From the NCBI GenBank assembly GCA_029211095.1, contig JARGFS010000003.1:1-51434 (forward strand): a stretch of 51,434 bases of DNA, written 5' to 3'. A model generated the notes under the pieces. The model searched no databases, was not told the origin of the DNA, and saw nothing but the letters and a program-made list of their open reading frames with translations. Position 1 is the stretch's first letter, and the number at the start of each line of letters is the position of its first letter. A program made the translations under genes and the position numbers. Source of the DNA: a bacterium (GTDB lineage Bacteria > Zixibacteria > MSB-5A5 > GN15 > FEB-12). Shown here one piece after another: positions 29,209-37,701 of the stretch.

Positions 29209-31211
29209 AGAGATTAATTGTCATAACTCTTCTGTTGTTAAGTGTGCCCCTTTCGGTGCGGGGAGGGGAGGCTGGTACCGAAACTCCCTTTGCGATGGGA
29301 GCAGGGGCGGCCGATATATCTCTCTCCGGTTCGGCAATCGCCAGTTCCGCCGGTTGGACGGCAGCTTACTGGAACCCTTCCCGGCTGGCCTCTATTCAGC
29401 AGACGGAGTTAGGGGGATTCCACACCCGACTTTTTGATAGCGATGTTTCTTATCAGTATTTGGGCGTTGCTCACCCAACCCTGGATTGGGGAACTTTTGG
29501 TTTTGGATTGTTCCGCCTGGGGATTGGCGGAATTGAGAAGCGGGATGCATCGAACCTGTACCTCGGCGATATCGAAGACAGCCGCCTGGGACTGCTCCTG
29601 GCCTATGGTCGGGTAATATCCAACTACCGGATTGGACTGGCCCTGTCAATGGAGCACCATTCCATAGACAACTACAAGTCAACTTCATCCCCCGGTCTCA
29701 ACCTGGCTGTTTCGCGGGCGTGGGAGATGGGTGGACGAATCAGGGGTGTTACGGCCGCTCTGGTCATGTACAACGTTTTGAGCCCATCGATGAAATTGGA
29801 TAATGAAGATGTGTCTCTGCCACTCTCCACCGGGGTTGGGGTAACCATTCCAGTACAGCCGAACAGAAATTGGGATCACCTGGTTAATCTCCATCTGACC
29901 TTAAATAAAGTTGATGCGCTGCCGGCCCAGATAGCAGTCGGTGTTGAGTACAGCGTAGGCAATTTGCTGACTCTGAGAGGCGGCGCCAACGATGGAAAGC
30001 TGACCTCCGGGGTCGGACTCAAGCTTATGTCGGTCGGGTTTGATTACGCCTTTGTGGATCGGGACCTCGGCACCCTCCATATGTTCAACCTGACCAGTTC
30101 GTTTGGGAAAAGCAAATCATCCAAACGACAGGAACGAGCGGCCCGCCGGGAACGGGAGTTTAATGAATTGATGTCGCAGCAGTTAACGGCCAGCAACGAG
30201 AAGATGCTGCAGCAGCTCCTGAATCGGGGAGAGGAAGCCCTTGAAGCGGGAGATTTGGAGAAGGCTGAAAGTCAGTATGATCGGGCTCTGTTCCTGGCCC
30301 GTTCTTCCGGTTCAGATACTGCTCAAATCTATTCGACTCTCAACGAGGTTCGCGAAAGATTGAGCGAAGTCCAGCGTTTGCAGCAGTACAACGACCGTCT
30401 TGACTCCGCCCAGGTGAATCTGGCCGCCCATGATTATCTTGCCGCTCGGTACTATGCATCATTGGCTCTTGAATTTGTGGAGAATTCTGATGAGGCTCAA
30501 CAGGTCATAAAGGAAGCCGAAGAAAGCCTGCGGCGTGAGAGCTCCCGCGAGGAGCTAATCAAGCAGCGCACACTCCTTTCTGACTCACTGGTCAGCTACG
30601 GACGCACTGACGAAGCCATCAATGTTCTTATGAGCCTGGTTGAGATAGCGCCGAATGACAACAGTATCCTTATGGCTCTTCGGAGAGCCCAGTTTGAGCG
30701 ACTCCGGGCGAAAGCTTCGCAGGCCTACAGCAATAAGCGGTTGAACAGCGCTCTGGTCAGTCTGGATTCAGCCCTCGGTTACTTCCCCGGACACCAGTGG
30801 TGCGAAGAGATGAAAAGCATGATCACCGGACAGATCAAGTCGATCGACCCCGGTCAGCCAACCAGAAAGTCCGGAAAAAAGACAGTTCTGAGCGCGGAAC
30901 TGCAAAAAGAAGTGTCGGACAGTTATAAGGAGGGGCAACGATTGTTTACTTCGGGGAACATGACCGCGGCTATCGAGAATTGGGAAAAGGTGGAACGGAT
31001 TTTGCCGGACTATGCCTCGGTCCGTGAGTATCTGATCAATGCCTACAAATTTGTCGGCGTCGAGCTGTATAGCCGGGGAGAGCTTGAGGAGGCGGTATCC
31101 ATCTGGAGAAAGGCAGCCTTCCTGCGGCCGGACAACCAGGAGATTGCCGAGTACATCAAGAGAACCGAAAACGAAATAAGAAAACTGAAAGAACTATCCT
31201 ATGAGCAGTAA
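29205..31211 (+). CDS. PorV/PorQ-like (UPF0164/FadL-type) outer-membrane barrel fused to C-terminal TPR region
   Basis: ATG 29205 overlaps the upstream TGA (ATGA); signal peptide; MGAGAADISLSG..AAYWNPSRLA PorV-type motif; LTLRGG..G.G..FDYAF; then TPR helices. Confidence 0.8.
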   Translation: MKRLIVITLLLLSVPLSVRGGEAGTETPFAMGAGAADISLSGSAIASSAGWTAAYWNPSRLASIQQTELGGFHTRLFDSDVSYQYLGVAHPTLDWGTFGFGLFRLGIGGIEKRDASNLYLGDIEDSRLGLLLAYGRVISNYRIGLALSMEHHSIDNYKSTSSPGLNLAVSRAWEMGGRIRGVTAALVMYNVLSPSMKLDNEDVSLPLSTGVGVTIPVQPNRNWDHLVNLHLTLNKVDALPAQIAVGVEYSVGNLLTLRGGANDGKLTSGVGLKLMSVGFDYAFVDRDLGTLHMFNLTSSFGKSKSSKRQERAARREREFNELMSQQLTASNEKMLQQLLNRGEEALEAGDLEKAESQYDRALFLARSSGSDTAQIYSTLNEVRERLSEVQRLQQYNDRLDSAQVNLAAHDYLAARYYASLALEFVENSDEAQQVIKEAEESLRRESSREELIKQRTLLSDSLVSYGRTDEAINVLMSLVEIAPNDNSILMALRRAQFERLRAKASQAYSNKRLNSALVSLDSALGYFPGHQWCEEMKSMITGQIKSIDPGQPTRKSGKKTVLSAELQKEVSDSYKEGQRLFTSGNMTAAIENWEKVERILPDYASVREYLINAYKFVGVELYSRGELEEAVSIWRKAAFLRPDNQEIAEYIKRTENEIRKLKELSYEQ

Positions 31212-32787
31212 TTCCAGTGATGTCCTCCAGCAGGAGTGGCCGCAATCGTCGGAGTTTAAAAAATCGATCCGGATGGAGTTCTCCATATATATCTCTTCCA
31301 TGATTTTCCTCCTTATGATCATTGCCGGATCGGTCATTATGGATAGATATGTTGATTCGGTTACGCAGGCAGCGGCTGACAAACTTCTGGTACAGGCCCG
31401 TTCCTATTCCGGACCGGCGGGGAAGTTGATCATCTCAACCACCGGACCGGATGCGTTGCTACTTAACAATATCTGTAAGAAACTGGCTGCCGACAACTCG
31501 GACATTATATGGGTTGCTATTACCGGCCGCGAAGACACTCTTTTGGCTCATACCGATATTTCCAAAGTGGCCAAGGGGGGAAGTCTGACTCCGGTAATTG
31601 GGGGAGAATACCCCTCGCTATTGAGAAACGGAGAAGGTTTCAAGTTAGCTGATGAGACTATCAACATCTCTGTTCCTATTGCCGAAGGCGACGTCAAGAT
31701 TGGGCACCTTCACCTGTCTTCATCGGCAGCAAAAATCTCTGAGGCGCGACAGGACTCCATTGTCGCGGTGGCAACGATTTCGGTACTGGCTCTTCTTCTG
31801 GGTCTGCCTCTTATTATGATCGGGCTGCACCGAAAACTCAAACCGATCAGTACGATTACCGATCACCTCAAGGATATCAGATTTGATAACATTCAATTGG
31901 ATATCCCGGTTACCGGCCGCAATGAACTGGGCTACCTGGCTGAGACTCTTCGGGTCATGGGGGGAAAACTAAACGCCGCTCAGAAAGAGATGATTGAGGC
32001 TGAGAGGATTTCCCGCGAGTTTGAAATCGCCCGGGAGATTCAGTCCAGCATGCTTCCTTCGGCCATCCCGACCAACGATCATTACAGTTTCACCGGCTTC
32101 TATCGCAGCGCCAAGGAAGTGGGGGGAGATTACTACGATTTCATTAAACTAAGCGATACCAAAGTTGCCTTTCTGGTGGCCGATGTATCAGGAAAATCGT
32201 TGCCGGGCATGCTGGTCATGCTATTGACCAGAGATATTGTCAAGAAGCATTGCTACCGAACGCATGATCCGGTCTCGCTGATATGCAAAGTCAACCAGGA
32301 ACTGCTGGCTAACATCAAGAAGGGTATGTTTGTAACCATGTTCTATGGTGTGCTGGACTATTCAACCGGAACTTTCAGTTTTGCCTCGGCCGGGCACAAC
32401 CCTCTGATAGTTATGAACGATCACCAGGCGCCGCGCCTGATTAAGACCAAGGGATTCCCATTGGGAATGGTCCCTCCGGACCAATTTGACCGTCGGATAG
32501 AACGGGGCGAGATTGTTCTGAAGCCTCATGACTGGTTGGTCCAGTATACCGATGGTGTAAATGAAGCTCAGAATCAGGACCACCGGGAATATGGAATGGA
32601 TCGGCTGGTCACCCGGTTGCACAACTCTGTTATGTTCGGCCCGGAACAGATGATTGATGCAATTGTGGCAGATCTTGATCAATTTGTAGGTGAACAGCCA
32701 CAATTTGATGACATCACCCTGATAGCTATGAAATTTGGTTTGAAATCTGTCGATAGTAATTCTATGAAGAAGGAAGTGTGCTATTAA
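31201..32787 (+). CDS. Membrane sensor HAMP-PP2C (SpoIIE/RsbU-family) phosphatase
   Basis: TM-periplasmic-TM, HAMP (NELGYLAE), EIAREIQ, VGGDYYD, ADVSGK, SAGH, YTDGVNEA, DDIT. Confidence 0.93.
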   Translation: MSSNSSDVLQQEWPQSSEFKKSIRMEFSIYISSMIFLLMIIAGSVIMDRYVDSVTQAAADKLLVQARSYSGPAGKLIISTTGPDALLLNNICKKLAADNSDIIWVAITGREDTLLAHTDISKVAKGGSLTPVIGGEYPSLLRNGEGFKLADETINISVPIAEGDVKIGHLHLSSSAAKISEARQDSIVAVATISVLALLLGLPLIMIGLHRKLKPISTITDHLKDIRFDNIQLDIPVTGRNELGYLAETLRVMGGKLNAAQKEMIEAERISREFEIAREIQSSMLPSAIPTNDHYSFTGFYRSAKEVGGDYYDFIKLSDTKVAFLVADVSGKSLPGMLVMLLTRDIVKKHCYRTHDPVSLICKVNQELLANIKKGMFVTMFYGVLDYSTGTFSFASAGHNPLIVMNDHQAPRLIKTKGFPLGMVPPDQFDRRIERGEIVLKPHDWLVQYTDGVNEAQNQDHREYGMDRLVTRLHNSVMFGPEQMIDAIVADLDQFVGEQPQFDDITLIAMKFGLKSVDSNSMKKEVCY

Positions 32788-33551
32788 TGACTGTTGATTA
32801 CACAAAAAAGAAGATGCTCACATTGCCGGTAGAGATCGGATTTGAACATCAGCAGGAGTTTATCTCCAAATTGAAAGAGTCTGTCAGGCAGACTGAGCAT
32901 GATCTGCTTGTTGACTGTTCAAAAGTTGAACAGGTTACTTCGACCCATGTGAATATGCTCTGGAGAGCCTATTCGCTCTGCAAAGATTACGGTCTCAAGA
33001 TGACCTTGTGCAACCCTACCGAGGGCGTCATTCGGGTCCTCAACGCGCTCGATCTTGGCGACATGTTTTTTATCGAGCAAGGTCTGAAAGACTCAACCGG
33101 CGGGCAGACCAAAGCAACCGAATTTGCAGGTTTGGATGACAGCCTGGAACTGGAAATCAAACTTGAATCCAGGCAAATATCTCTGGGGCTAAAACGTCTG
33201 CAGGAGTTTTTGAGGAGAGTCTCCATCGCTCCCGCCATCCTGGTGGAGATAGAGACAATCTTCTACGAATTAGCTACCAATATAAATCTGCATAGTGGTC
33301 TTTCTAACGGCGATAGTCTGCATTGTTCTGTGGTACTAACTGACAAGAGAGTTACCCTGACCTTTGTCGATGCCGGGGTTCCGTTTGATCCCTCCTCTGT
33401 CGAAGTCGGGTACGATCCCAAGTCTATGATATCAAATTACAAGAAACGCGGACTGGGGCTGGTGATGATTCAACGGATGGCAGATTCTATCAGTTATGAA
33501 CGACGGAATGGCCAACAGAACGTTGTTACGGTTACGAAAGACGGGAGATAG
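32787..33551 (+). CDS. STAS + RsbW-type anti-sigma/Ser kinase (HATPase_c_2) fusion
   Basis: N-terminal STAS (LLVDCSKVEQVTST..L); YELATN..H, DAGVPFDP, RGLGL..I..MAD boxes; TAATG overlap with PP2C stop. Confidence 0.85.
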   Translation: MTVDYTKKKMLTLPVEIGFEHQQEFISKLKESVRQTEHDLLVDCSKVEQVTSTHVNMLWRAYSLCKDYGLKMTLCNPTEGVIRVLNALDLGDMFFIEQGLKDSTGGQTKATEFAGLDDSLELEIKLESRQISLGLKRLQEFLRRVSIAPAILVEIETIFYELATNINLHSGLSNGDSLHCSVVLTDKRVTLTFVDAGVPFDPSSVEVGYDPKSMISNYKKRGLGLVMIQRMADSISYERRNGQQNVVTVTKDGR

Positions 33552-33554
33552 CCG

Positions 33555-33893
33555 ATGTCAGACAGTACCATAGTTCAGCAGCAGATTGATGACCATTCTC
33601 TCAACATTAAGACTTCGGAAGTTCTCGATAATAGCAATGCGCACGAGATGATTGAAGTGTTGACCGAGGCACACCAGAGAGGAATTGAAAACGTCACAAT
33701 TGATATGAGTGATCTCTGTTTTATCTCTTCCGCCGGAGTCGGGTCTATCCTTGGTACGGTTGAGCTCTTTCGTGAAACGGGTGGAGATATCCATCTTTGC
33801 AACCTGAGACCGCCCGTGACCCATGTGCTCGAAGTGCTTGATCTGACTGACTATCTGACGGTGCAGAGCGAAGTGAAGGAAGCTGTTGACTAA
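33555..33893 (+). CDS. STAS-domain anti-anti-sigma factor (RsbV/SpoIIAA-like)
   Basis: IDMSDLCFISSAGVG with phospho-acceptor Ser, GG.I.L.NL...V..VL. Confidence 0.9.
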   Translation: MSDSTIVQQQIDDHSLNIKTSEVLDNSNAHEMIEVLTEAHQRGIENVTIDMSDLCFISSAGVGSILGTVELFRETGGDIHLCNLRPPVTHVLEVLDLTDYLTVQSEVKEAVD

Positions 33894-33906
33894 ACAGTCA
33901 TCTTGA

Positions 33907-35583
33907 GTGAATGGAATGACACCAGAAACAAGACAATTTATAGACAACTACACCGGCGATGAGCTCTCCTTCAAGCGCAATATGATGGCTCTTGATGCTC
34001 TGTCCAAGCTGGCCCGCCGTTTCTCCAACCATCCCGATCTGCAGCACCTCTCTTCATTGCTGCTGCTCACCCTGGCCGGTCAGTTTTCAATCAGCAGTGC
34101 CTTTGCTCTCTACTGTGACCCCAGCCTGTCTGAGTCCGGTTTGGCCTATATGGGACTGGGTAAATTTATGGACCACTCGGACCTGAGAGAGATTACCATC
34201 CCCGATTGTATACGTGAACATTTTGTCTCTCACCCGGACCCGGTTCAAGTAGACGAATATGAATCCATGGTAGCGTGCCAGGAGATAAAGGAACTGTTGG
34301 TAGCCAATCAGGTTAAGGTTGTAGTCCCGCTAGTGCATAAAGATGGTTTGATTGGCATCCTCGGTCTCGGCGAGAAAGTTACTAAAAAAGAGTTTGAAAA
34401 TAACGACCTGGAGATTCTGAGTACGCTGGCGCATTCCCTCACTCCCTTTATCTCCAACTCAATACTTTTCAGGGAGCTGTCCGACCTGAATTGCTGGTAT
34501 GTTGACATCCTGAGTTCAGTCAAGCAGGCTGTTCTCATCTTTGATAGTGACTATCGATTGAAACTGGCCAATCTCTCTGCTGCCAGCATTTTGGAAAAAC
34601 TACGCGAAGATGCCGCTGTCATTGGCAACAATAAGCCAACCATTGACGAGCTATTCTCCCAATCAGCCTTTCCCGGTTGGTCAAGCCGTATCAAAAACGC
34701 CCACATTCTGGGAGCAGCCGGAACACTTGAAAATCTGGTTGCCTGCGTTGGGGAGGACGAGCTGATTTTCAATGTCCGGACGGGCAGTTTCAAAAGAGAC
34801 AACCGCTCAGAGTTCGACATCTTTGTTACGCTCGATGACGTCACTGACCAGAAGGCGAGTGAGCAACGTCTTTTTGAGGTAGAGAAATTTGCTGAAAAAG
34901 GAGTTATGGCCTCAACCATCTCCCATGAATTGAATAACTTCCTCGGCCTCATCCTGGGTGGAACAGAACTGGCCGGTATGGCTCTGGCCAAAGGGAACAC
35001 CGAGAAGGTCGCCGCTACCCTGGAAAAGATCAAAAAGAACGTCGGAAAGATGGAACGGTTCACGGCCGGATTGGTCGACTATACGCGGCTGAACACTAAG
35101 AAGAGTGAAACGAATCTCAACAGTGTCATAACCGATGTGTTATCGTTTGTTGCCGTTCAAAAGAAATTCACTCGTATTGCCATTACCACGGAACTGGCCA
35201 AAGAAATTCCTCCCTTTGTTGTCGATGCCGATCAGATGTCACAGTTGATTATGAACCTGGTGAACAATGCCGCCGATGCCATCATAGATTCCCGCAAACC
35301 GACCAGGAAGATAGCCGTCTCAACCAGATTTGAGAACGGGAATGTTATCCTGGAAATATCGGACAATGGAAAGGGGATTGATCCGGAACTCAAGGGTAAA
35401 CTGTTCAAAGCTCACTTCACTACCAAGGAAAAAGGGCATGGCTACGGGCTGGTCACCTGCTCAAAAATCATTGATAACCACAAAGGGAAAATTGAGATTG
35501 AATCCGAGGTTGGCCAGGGGGCTACTTTCAGACTCTCCTTCCCGGTTGATCAATCAGTCGAGTCACAGCCCTCGGCCGTCTGA
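33907..35583 (+). CDS. Cytoplasmic GAF/PAS sensor histidine kinase
   Basis: GAF-like VPL...LIGILGLGEK; H-box ISHELNN; NLVNNAADA, DNGKGI, FTTK..GHGYGL, G.GATF. Confidence 0.92.
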   Translation: MNGMTPETRQFIDNYTGDELSFKRNMMALDALSKLARRFSNHPDLQHLSSLLLLTLAGQFSISSAFALYCDPSLSESGLAYMGLGKFMDHSDLREITIPDCIREHFVSHPDPVQVDEYESMVACQEIKELLVANQVKVVVPLVHKDGLIGILGLGEKVTKKEFENNDLEILSTLAHSLTPFISNSILFRELSDLNCWYVDILSSVKQAVLIFDSDYRLKLANLSAASILEKLREDAAVIGNNKPTIDELFSQSAFPGWSSRIKNAHILGAAGTLENLVACVGEDELIFNVRTGSFKRDNRSEFDIFVTLDDVTDQKASEQRLFEVEKFAEKGVMASTISHELNNFLGLILGGTELAGMALAKGNTEKVAATLEKIKKNVGKMERFTAGLVDYTRLNTKKSETNLNSVITDVLSFVAVQKKFTRIAITTELAKEIPPFVVDADQMSQLIMNLVNNAADAIIDSRKPTRKIAVSTRFENGNVILEISDNGKGIDPELKGKLFKAHFTTKEKGHGYGLVTCSKIIDNHKGKIEIESEVGQGATFRLSFPVDQSVESQPSAV

Positions 35584-35631
35584 GTTTTCTGGAGATCGCT
35601 TTTCTTTCGTATAGGGAGACTCTGTCCCTGC

Positions 35632-37413
35632 TCAAAAGGCGGGACAGTCGGTTGGAGCGGGCCCGCTGCCAAAAATATAATCCACCAGGTAGGTCAAATC
35701 ACTGATATTGAGCTCTTCACCCGAATCACCGTTGCTGTTTGATTCCAGCGGACAGGCCGGTTCCGGTCCTCCACTAAAGAGATACTCCACCAGATAAGTG
35801 AGATCGGTGATACTGATTTCATCGAGCGGATCACTGTCGACATTGCCGCGCTGCCCCCGGCAGCAGGAAGGAGGGAGGCCGACATAAAGATCGGCCAGCA
35901 GACCGGCCGGGTCACAGGAAGTTGATTGAATAACTATTTTGACTTCAGTATTGCTTCCATCGTACGAAGTTGCCGAAGGCGCCGACAGGCTGTCAAAGGT
36001 CCCGCCCAGCCAGAGGTCTCCCGGCGAGTTATCTTCCATCCCGTCAAACTCTTCCAGATCGACCCAGCGATGCAAGTCATTCGAATTAGTTGAGCGGCTG
36101 TCGTCAATATGCCAGATGGCCGCGCCGCAGCCCGGGATGAGAGAATCAAATCCTATCTGCCTTCGGTATTCCAGCAGGAAATATTCATTTCCGCCAGCGC
36201 CGCTATTCCAGAGCTTGTATACCGCTTGATTCTGCTCTACATCCACCAGGGTTTCATCCCACAGATCAACTCCAACATTAATGGGGGTCAGCCAGTTCAG
36301 GCGGTCTTTGCACCAGGCGCTCAGATGGGCCGGTACAGCGCCAGCTCCGTTCCAGGTTCCTCCGGCCATATTGCACCAGGAACCAATCCCGTTACTGCTG
36401 CCATCGGTATCATACAAATCCGGCAGGCCCAGGGCATGTCCGTACTCATGGCAGAAGACGCCGATCGTTGAAATCCCGGACCAGAGCATTTCCGGCTCCA
36501 TAGTGTAGCCGTTGATTGTCTTTCCATCGGCAACCACCGCCGGCAATCCGGCACAGGTAAAGCACCAGGCGTGTGACCAGGGATAACCATTGTTACCTGT
36601 TTCCGCTCCCGGTCCGGCGTGTACTACAAAAAGCCCGTCCACGTTGCCATCGTTGTCATTGTCAAAAGGAGCAAAGTCAACTCCGGCATTTTCAGCCGCT
36701 ATGACCGCCTCCCGCGCCAGTTCAGCCGAGGCTCCCCAATTACTACCATCATTGTACCCATAATAGGAACGATTGTGCGAAGCTGTGTACCAACCAACGA
36801 CAATCCCGTTAACCCCAAACTGGCCGTATGAGACTTCCTGGAAATAGTCATTGACACTCCCATACTCGTTAAACCCGACCCGGTTCATTAGTTCATCAAA
36901 GTTGTCGGTGGAGAATACGGTATCTTCGTCCGGGAATTTTACCATGATGACCAAAATGTCAGCAATACTCAATATCCGGCTGTCGCCGTTGGTTGAGGTC
37001 AAATCAAATTGGTCAAGTCCCTCAAGAGTGGGGACCAATCGTTCCGCATTGGCCGCCAGTCTTTTCGGATACTCATTGGGGTCGGTTGATTTACTGACTA
37101 TCCCCCGGACAGAATTCGTGACTCGCTCTTGTGAGGGCTGCAAATTCCCCTGTTCATCCAGAACGGCATAACAATACCAGCCCTGGCTGTCCCGGACGAC
37201 GGTGTAGTCTTCCATTGTCACATAGCGGCCGTTTCGCTCATCACCAATCGGTCTAAATTCCAGAATCGTTCCATCAGGCTGGGTAACCTCAAAGGTCTCG
37301 CCTTGATAAGCGGGGACAGCCGAAGTTGTGGAGGCAAGAGAGACAAAAAACAGCGATAGGGCTGCAAAGAAATATGAGAGTGGTTTCCTGTTAGGTCCGG
37401 CGGGCTGTCTCAA
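35632..37413 (-). CDS. M6-family metalloprotease with propeptide and C-terminal dockerin-like domain
   Basis: TTG start with GGAGG SD; QPDG..GDE propeptide; HAGPGAE, HEYGHALGLPDLYD, W.NMAGG.W; CCRGQRGNVD..ITDLTYLVEYLF..ISDLTYLVDYIF..CPAF. Confidence 0.92.
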   Translation of the reverse strand: MRQPAGPNRKPLSYFFAALSLFFVSLASTTSAVPAYQGETFEVTQPDGTILEFRPIGDERNGRYVTMEDYTVVRDSQGWYCYAVLDEQGNLQPSQERVTNSVRGIVSKSTDPNEYPKRLAANAERLVPTLEGLDQFDLTSTNGDSRILSIADILVIMVKFPDEDTVFSTDNFDELMNRVGFNEYGSVNDYFQEVSYGQFGVNGIVVGWYTASHNRSYYGYNDGSNWGASAELAREAVIAAENAGVDFAPFDNDNDGNVDGLFVVHAGPGAETGNNGYPWSHAWCFTCAGLPAVVADGKTINGYTMEPEMLWSGISTIGVFCHEYGHALGLPDLYDTDGSSNGIGSWCNMAGGTWNGAGAVPAHLSAWCKDRLNWLTPINVGVDLWDETLVDVEQNQAVYKLWNSGAGGNEYFLLEYRRQIGFDSLIPGCGAAIWHIDDSRSTNSNDLHRWVDLEEFDGMEDNSPGDLWLGGTFDSLSAPSATSYDGSNTEVKIVIQSTSCDPAGLLADLYVGLPPSCCRGQRGNVDSDPLDEISITDLTYLVEYLFSGGPEPACPLESNSNGDSGEELNISDLTYLVDYIFGSGPAPTDCPAF

Positions 37414-37477
37414 TGCTCAACCTCCAATGGTGTAAGGCAAGTAAACAAGTTGCGGTCTTTCATTCAAGAGAACAGAA

Positions 37478-37504
37478 TTGTCGGAGTAGGTTCGGTCTCT
37501 TTGA
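37478..37504 (-). promoter_or_regulatory. Sigma-28-like promoter of second M6 protease
   Basis: Minus strand TCAAA-N14-TCCGACAA, same geometry as 19844-19870. Confidence 0.4.
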
Positions 37505-37701
37505 TTGGGTAAAATATACTAAATCCTGCCAATTTTCAAAGCATCATTTCATCACCTGTCGGCGGTCTGGAATTGAAAATTGATGTCAACCGACCTCAGG
37601 CCAAAAATCAGAAATCGCTTGAAAACGGTAGAGGACCTGCTTAATTTTCGGAACATTTTATAGTTTATCCCACTGTCGGGCCATTACTTCAGGAGGTGTT
37701 T

